Assembly (NCBI GenBank): GCA_030599515.1
Contig: JAUVNV010000001.1
Span: 1-63,171, forward strand
Length of the DNA stretch: 63,171 nucleotides
Direction of reading: 5' to 3'
DNA from: Acidimicrobiia bacterium
GTDB taxonomy: Bacteria; Actinomycetota; Acidimicrobiia; Spongiisociales; UBA5794
The position numbers and the translations under genes are program-made. Positions 58,143 through 63,171 of the stretch are shown here, piece after piece; the stretch's first letter is position 1, and every line of letters starts with the position of its first letter. The notes beneath the pieces were generated by a model that saw only the letters and a list, made by a program, of their open reading frames with translations, was not told the DNA's origin and made no database searches.

Positions 58143-59071
58143 CACAGCAGCGATCGAAGGTCGAACAGGGCGCTCGGGTGCCGGAGCTTGCCGAGAGCTC
58201 GGTTCTCGATCTGTCGCACGCGTTCTCGTGTGATCCCGAGTTCGGCGCCGACGCTGGAAAGCGTTCGTGGCGGATTGCCACCGATTCCGAATCGCATGAT
58301 GAGCACCTTGCACTCCCGCACCTCGAGAACGCCCAGTGCTTTGGAGACCTCTTCGCAGCGCGCGACCTCGGCGACGACGGTGAACGGATCGGGGGTCGCC
58401 TCGTCTTCGACGAAATCGCCGAGTTGAGCATCACCCTCCTCTCCGACGGGCCGATCGAGTGAGATCGTGTCCCCTGGTGTCGTTCGTGCCATCGCGACCC
58501 GATCCTCGTCGAGGCCGCTCACTTCGGCGATCTCGGAGACGGTCGGCATTCTGCGGAGCTGCTCCTGCAGGCTCAGTTCGGTCTCCTGCACGGTGCGGAC
58601 GACATCGACCATGTGCACCGGCAGGCGGATTGTTCTGCCCTGGTTCCCCAGGCCGCGGGTGATCGACTGGCGGATCCACCAGGTGGCGTAGGTCGAGAAT
58701 TTGAAGCCCTTGCGCCAATCGAACTTCTCGACCGCACGAATGAGTCCAAGGTTTCCTTCCTGGATGAGATCGAGCAGGTCAAGACCTCGTCCCGTGTAGC
58801 GTTTGGCGATCGAGACGACGAGCCGGAGGTTCGAGCGGATGAAGATGTCCTTCGCCCCATCCGCCATCTCGACCAGTCGATACAGCGAAGCCCGCTCGGC
58901 TGCTTCAACAGGATCGTCCGACTCGAGTCGACGTTGGGCCTTCCTGCCCGCTTCCATCGCGCGCGCGAGCCGAACCTCATCTTCGGCATCGAGCAGGCCG
59001 TGATCCGAAACCTGTCCGAGGTACCGTCCGACGGCATCCGCTGCTGCGCCCTCCCGTCCTCGTTCAGCCAC
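58142..59071 (-). CDS. RNA polymerase sigma-70 family factor, principal-like (group 1/2, SigB-like length)
   Basis: Regions 1.2 to 4.2 are present: DLIQEGNLGLIRAVEKFD, FSTYATWWIRQSITR and HTH LGITRERVRQIENRAL. The GTG 59071 start is preceded by GGAGGAGGAG. No long region 1.1. Confidence 0.88.
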   Translation of the reverse strand: MAERGREGAAADAVGRYLGQVSDHGLLDAEDEVRLARAMEAGRKAQRRLESDDPVEAAERASLYRLVEMADGAKDIFIRSNLRLVVSIAKRYTGRGLDLLDLIQEGNLGLIRAVEKFDWRKGFKFSTYATWWIRQSITRGLGNQGRTIRLPVHMVDVVRTVQETELSLQEQLRRMPTVSEIAEVSGLDEDRVAMARTTPGDTISLDRPVGEEGDAQLGDFVEDEATPDPFTVVAEVARCEEVSKALGVLEVRECKVLIMRFGIGGNPPRTLSSVGAELGITRERVRQIENRALGKLRHPSALFDLRSLL

Positions 59072-59172
59072 GTGCTCCTCCTCCCCCTCTCTTTGGAGAG
59101 AGCCGCTTGAACTTATCACGCATGAGCGCCATCGGCAATCGTTCATTACGCTTTCCTGACCGATCGGCAACC

Positions 59173-60675
59173 ATGACCCAACTCGCGCGCATCTCCGCTC
59201 TTGCGATGGCGCTCCTCTCCATCGCCGCGGCCGGCTGCACCAGTCCGGCTCCTCTCGACGCGTCCGCACTTCGCCCACCCGAGGTCGGGCCCCCGACGAT
59301 CGAAGTCGTGGTCCTTGCCGGCGATGATCTGAGCGTGCTCGATGCAGACATCGCTGTAGAGGGGGCTTCGATGTTCGAGACCGAAGAAGGAGTGCCGGCA
59401 TTCATCTGGCCGCAGGATTCGACGACCATCGAGGTGTCTGCTCCAGGATTCGAATCGCAGAGCGAGGTTGCCGATGATCCGCCCAGAGAGGATCGGATCG
59501 AGTTTCGCCTCGAGCCGGTCGTGCTTTCGGGTCGCGTCTCGACTCACCGGGGTATCGCACTGCCCGGTGTCGAAGTCACGCTCGGCGGCGGACACGACGT
59601 GACGAACGACGACGGTCTTTTCGAGATCGTGCGGGCGGAACCGGGGGAGCTTTCTCTCACCCGTCCGACCTGGCAGGATGCGCGTGTCCCGTGGGATGGT
59701 TCGACGAACGAGATCGACACGACGATGGAGCCCCTCGTGGTCCACGGCGTGCGAGTCAGCGGACCCGCGGCAGGTGATCCCCAGCACTGGCAACAACTGC
59801 TTGCCATGGCCGACTCGACCGGTATCAACGCTTTCATCGTGGATGTCAAGGACGAGTTCGGTACGGTGTTCCACGACACGACGGTCGACGGCGCCCACGA
59901 GGCATCTGCGGTGACACTCCAGTACGACCTGTCGGAGATCATCGCAGACATGGATGATCACGATCTCTACAAGATCGCTCGGATCGTCGCATTCCAGGAC
60001 ACGCCGATGGCGAGGACCGAACCCGATCACGCGGTCCTGCAAGCAGGGGGGTCAGATCTGTGGCGCACAGCGAACGGCGACGCGTGGATGGACCCGACCG
60101 ATCCGGTGGCCTTTGAGTATCCCGTAGCGCTTGCAGAAGAGGCTTGTCGTGCCGGCTTCGACGAGATCCAGTTCGACTTCGCATCCTTTCCGTTCGGCGG
60201 CGACGTGTCGACCGCCGTATTCGACGATGAGTACACGGAGGAGATTCGTGTCGCCTCGATTCAGGCGTTCCTGAAGCGCGCCTACCTGGTACTGAGCCCG
60301 CGATGCGGCGTCGCAGCGAGTGTGCTGGGCATCACGCTCGAGTCCGGAACCGATGAGGGCGTCGGTCAGCGTCCGGGCCTCATGTCGCGCACGATCGATG
60401 TTCTGAGCCCGATGCTGTACTCGACGAACTACGGGTCGGGATGGAAGGGCTACGCCAATCCCAACGACCACGCGGGCGACATCGTCGAGTCCGCTCTAGT
60501 GAGCGGCCTTTCACGGCTCGAAGGATTCGCCTACTACCGGCCGTGGCTCCAAACGTGGACGATCCCGGTCTTCGACATTCGGGGAATCCAGAGGAGGGTC
60601 GACGATCGGGTGACTGGGTGGATGCTCTGGTCGAACGCCGCGTCCTATCCGGCCGAGCTGTTGCCTCCGAAGTGA
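59173..60675 (+). CDS. Lipoprotein, putative glycoside-hydrolase-like TIM barrel (DUF4015-like) with an N-terminal CarboxypepD_reg-like domain
   Basis: Lipobox IAAAGCTS with start at ATG 59173. The core INAFIVDVKDEFG ... FDEIQFDF resembles the DUF4015/GHL families. Confidence 0.55.
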   Translation: MTQLARISALAMALLSIAAAGCTSPAPLDASALRPPEVGPPTIEVVVLAGDDLSVLDADIAVEGASMFETEEGVPAFIWPQDSTTIEVSAPGFESQSEVADDPPREDRIEFRLEPVVLSGRVSTHRGIALPGVEVTLGGGHDVTNDDGLFEIVRAEPGELSLTRPTWQDARVPWDGSTNEIDTTMEPLVVHGVRVSGPAAGDPQHWQQLLAMADSTGINAFIVDVKDEFGTVFHDTTVDGAHEASAVTLQYDLSEIIADMDDHDLYKIARIVAFQDTPMARTEPDHAVLQAGGSDLWRTANGDAWMDPTDPVAFEYPVALAEEACRAGFDEIQFDFASFPFGGDVSTAVFDDEYTEEIRVASIQAFLKRAYLVLSPRCGVAASVLGITLESGTDEGVGQRPGLMSRTIDVLSPMLYSTNYGSGWKGYANPNDHAGDIVESALVSGLSRLEGFAYYRPWLQTWTIPVFDIRGIQRRVDDRVTGWMLWSNAASYPAELLPPK

Positions 60676-61364
60676 GTGCCGTCGATGAACTCGCGCTGCT
60701 GGCGGAAGAGATCGCCGGCTGCCGCCGTTGCCCGCGCCTCGTTGAGTGGCGCGAGAGGGTTGCCGCAGACAAGCGGGCGGCGTTCGTCGACGATGAGTAC
60801 TGGGGGAGGCCCGTTCCGGGTTTCGGCGATCCGCAAGCTGGAGTCGTTGTCGTCGGCCTTGCTCCCGCGGCCCATGGCGCCAATCGGACCGGGCGGATGT
60901 TCACTGGCGACCGCAGCGGCGACTGGCTCTACCGGGCCATGTGGCGGGCCGGTCTCGCGAGTCAGCCCGAGTCATCCGGTCGTGATGACGGACTGACGCT
61001 CTTCGGGGCGTGGGTAACGGCACCCGTGCGGTGCGCTCCACCGCAGAACAAGCCCACGGTCGACGAGAGAGACACGTGTGCGGCGTGGTTCGGACGGGAA
61101 CTCGACATCCTCGAGCCGGTCGTCCTGGTGGCCCTCGGTGACTTCGCCTACCGATCGATCTGGCGATACCTCGGTGCTGCGGGCCACGACCTGCCGAGGC
61201 CGAGACCGCGATTCGCCTTCGGTCTCGAGGTCGCCGTTCCGAATGGCCCGGTGATCCTGGCAAGCTTCCACCCCAGCCAACAGAACACCTTCACAGGGAG
61301 ACTGACGGAAGACATGTTGGATGCCGTGTTCGCCAGAGCGAAGGTACTGAGTACTGAGTACTGA
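60672..61364 (+). CDS. Uracil-DNA glycosylase, family 5 (UdgB-type), Fe-S containing
   Basis: Motifs CRRCPRL, GLAPAAHGANRTGRMFTGD and SFHPSQQN. GTG start with a GTGA overlap. The tail VLSTEY and the TGA stop are encoded by tract P. Confidence 0.82.
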   Translation: MSAVDELALLAEEIAGCRRCPRLVEWRERVAADKRAAFVDDEYWGRPVPGFGDPQAGVVVVGLAPAAHGANRTGRMFTGDRSGDWLYRAMWRAGLASQPESSGRDDGLTLFGAWVTAPVRCAPPQNKPTVDERDTCAAWFGRELDILEPVVLVALGDFAYRSIWRYLGAAGHDLPRPRPRFAFGLEVAVPNGPVILASFHPSQQNTFTGRLTEDMLDAVFARAKVLSTEY

Positions 61365-61378
61365 GTACTGGGTACGCC
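61344..61378. repeat. Heptad tract P: (GTACTGA)x3 GTACTGG GTACGCC
   Basis: Five units at the convergent udgB/M23 junction. Confidence 0.85.
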
Positions 61379-61397
61379 GCCGGAGGCGGCCACCGAG

Positions 61398-62006
61398 CTA
61401 CTGGAGCTCTCTCTGGACTTCAGACTCCCGTACCTTCCGCTCCATCGCTTCTTCGAGGAACGGATAGGGATTGACCTTCCGGCCGTCGACGTGGAGTTCG
61501 AAGTGGGTATGGGATCCCGAGTGCTCGGCGTTTCCCGAATCACCGACGAAACCGATGACCTCCCCGGCCTTTACGAAGCTCCCGACCTCGAGGCCCTCGG
61601 CGAAGGCTGCCTCCGGACCACCTTGACCATCGTCGGTGCCGGTCGTGTCGTTGTTGAGATGCAGGTAGTGGCTCGTCCATCCGTCGGCGTGACGGATCAT
61701 GATGTTCCAGCCGGAGAGACGGTTCCATTCGAGGCGTTCAACGATGCCGTCGTCGACGGCGACGACCCAGGTCCCCTTGGGGCTCATGATGTCGGTCCCC
61801 TTGTGTCTGCGCCCGCCGGATCGTGGCGCTCCCCACGTATCCGAGAACCGCACGATCGCGGTTTCGTGGGGGAAGGCTTTGATCACGAACTGCGTAGCCT
61901 CGGTCGGGGGATTGGCCTCGGCCCGTGGTATCGGCAGGATCACTTCGGGAGCGAGGACGGCGGCCGCGATCACGCCGAGCGCGAGTCGTCGAATCGAGAT
62001 AGTCAT
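61398..62006 (-). CDS. M23 family metallopeptidase (secreted peptidoglycan endopeptidase-like)
   Basis: Signal peptide MTISIRRLALGVIAAAVLA. Zinc motifs HKGTDI and SGSHTHFE. Start at ATG 62006. Confidence 0.85.
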   Translation of the reverse strand: MTISIRRLALGVIAAAVLAPEVILPIPRAEANPPTEATQFVIKAFPHETAIVRFSDTWGAPRSGGRRHKGTDIMSPKGTWVVAVDDGIVERLEWNRLSGWNIMIRHADGWTSHYLHLNNDTTGTDDGQGGPEAAFAEGLEVGSFVKAGEVIGFVGDSGNAEHSGSHTHFELHVDGRKVNPYPFLEEAMERKVRESEVQRELQ

Positions 62007-62208
62007 TGAATTGCCCCTGCTGTCCAACGCCGCCGGTTCCTGGCCCGCGGCATCTGGTCTTCTGGTAGCTCGAACCCTGAACCGTAGGTAGAGACTTCGA
62101 ATACTGGGGCCATTTAGCGGAACACGCATCGGTAGCCTCAGCCGTGCTTCCAAGCAGAGGTGATCTCCCTTGTCCCACTTCGATCAGGCTGTTTCAAGGA
62201 CAGCAGGT

Positions 62209-63171
62209 GTGAACGACCCGGCCTGGCGGTCGATGGTCCGTTCTGCCGCGTTCAACGCGTTCTCCGACGGCGCCATGCCCTCCCAGGAGGACGAGATATG
62301 GCGATACGTCGATCTCGACTTCTCTATCGATGACTATCGCCCGGCGGCCCAGGCCGCCGTCGATCTCGGTGAAGATCCGCTGGTAATGCATCTGCCAGAC
62401 CCGATCACGGCCCGCGTCGTCGACGGCTCGTTCATCGGCGATGATCATGTCTCTGGTGGGGTGGTCGTCATGTCGCTCCAGCGAGCGGCAGCCGAGCGCT
62501 CGGACACGGTCGAGGCGACCGTCAATCGTGCGGGGATTGCCGCCCGCGATGACATCTTCAAGGCCGCCACTGCCGCTTTCGGGGGCGATGGGGTGTTCGT
62601 GCATGCCGCTGACGACATTGTTGCGCCGTCCGTGATTGCGATCGACATTCATGCAGGATCGAGCGGCGTGGCCAGTTTCCCCAGTGTCGTCATCGCTGCA
62701 GAGGAACATGCAGACATCTCAGTGGTCGTGCACCTCCGTTCATCTCCTGATGCCGACGCGCTCATCGTGCCTCAGTTTTCGATCGCCGTCGGTAACGGAG
62801 CACGGGTCTCGTTGAGCGTCGTCCAGAACGTCGGCTACGGGGTTCGGTCGATCGGCTCGCTTCGCGCCGAGGTCGGATCAGATGCGCTGTTCCGATTCGG
62901 TGAGATCGGGATCGGCGGCCGCCTCGCTCGGTTGCATCTCGACGTCGGCCTCGAAGGTCGGGGCTCGTCGGTGAACGTGGTGGGTGCCTACTTCGGCGAG
63001 AAGAACCAGATCCTTGACTACCGGTATTTCATGCGTCACGTCGGTACGAACACGCGCTCGGACATGTTCCTCAAGGGTGCTGTCGAAGACGACGCTCGGT
63101 CTGTCTTCACCGGAATGATCCGTATCGAGGAGAGCGGGCAGAAGACCGAGGCCTACCAGACGAACCGCAAC
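62209..63171 (+). CDS. sufD: Fe-S cluster assembly protein SufD (partial, runs off the window end)
   Basis: Not in the ORF track. My own translation from GTG 62209 (AAGGA 8 nt upstream) stays open for 321 codons to the window end. It ends ...SDMFLKGAVEDDARSVFTGMIRIEESGQKTEAYQTNRN, which is typical of the SufD beta-helix. Confidence 0.85.
   Translation, partial: MNDPAWRSMVRSAAFNAFSDGAMPSQEDEIWRYVDLDFSIDDYRPAAQAAVDLGEDPLVMHLPDPITARVVDGSFIGDDHVSGGVVVMSLQRAAAERSDTVEATVNRAGIAARDDIFKAATAAFGGDGVFVHAADDIVAPSVIAIDIHAGSSGVASFPSVVIAAEEHADISVVVHLRSSPDADALIVPQFSIAVGNGARVSLSVVQNVGYGVRSIGSLRAEVGSDALFRFGEIGIGGRLARLHLDVGLEGRGSSVNVVGAYFGEKNQILDYRYFMRHVGTNTRSDMFLKGAVEDDARSVFTGMIRIEESGQKTEAYQTNRN

Noticed and set aside
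59085-59100. The small inverted repeat CTCTC-TTTG-GAGAG in the sigma-factor/DUF4015 divergent spacer, as a possible operator
   Set aside because: The stem is only 5 bp, which is expected by chance in a 100-bp spacer.

Overview
This is a GC-rich chromosomal window, by inference from an Actinomycetota-type (possibly Acidimicrobiia-like) genome. That inference rests on the conserved glmU-prs-ctc-pth ... mfd ... mazG-eno-ftsB-DUF501-ppx backbone plus nucS, an F420-type LLM oxidoreductase, an Eis-like GNAT and a menaquinone cluster. I call 2 tRNAs (Gln-TTG, Leu-TAA) and about 52 CDS. Many are translationally coupled through ATGA/GTGA start-stop overlaps. The ORF track allows GTG starts and over-extends several N-termini, which I trimmed. 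Content is mostly housekeeping: cell-wall precursor and PRPP synthesis, translation, Mfd, enolase, menFDABE and sufB/sufD. Accessory blocks include a DUF222-HNH gene, a PLDc_N/SHOCT pair beside a GGDEF-EAL protein, an M3 peptidase-GH57-CHAD-nitrilase operon, a YihY-ABC-ABC-aminotransferase operon, and a block carrying nucS, a sigma factor, DUF4015, udgB and M23 that separates sufB from sufD. No CRISPR array, transposase or prophage is visible. The most unusual signal is non-coding. At least 16 tracts at gene boundaries are built from short units held in a strict 7-nt register, up to 24 consecutive units (168 bp). They draw on a small shared unit vocabulary: GTAGAAA, GTAGTCG/CGGACTA, GTACTGA/GTACTCA, GGATACG and CTNCAAG. 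Two long tracts are clearly homologous composite elements in inverted orientation. Several tracts supply the stop codon and the last residues of unrelated genes. I do not recognise this as a described repeat family. Its function (frame-independent stop or terminator cassette, protein-binding array, or neutral slippage product) is inference only.
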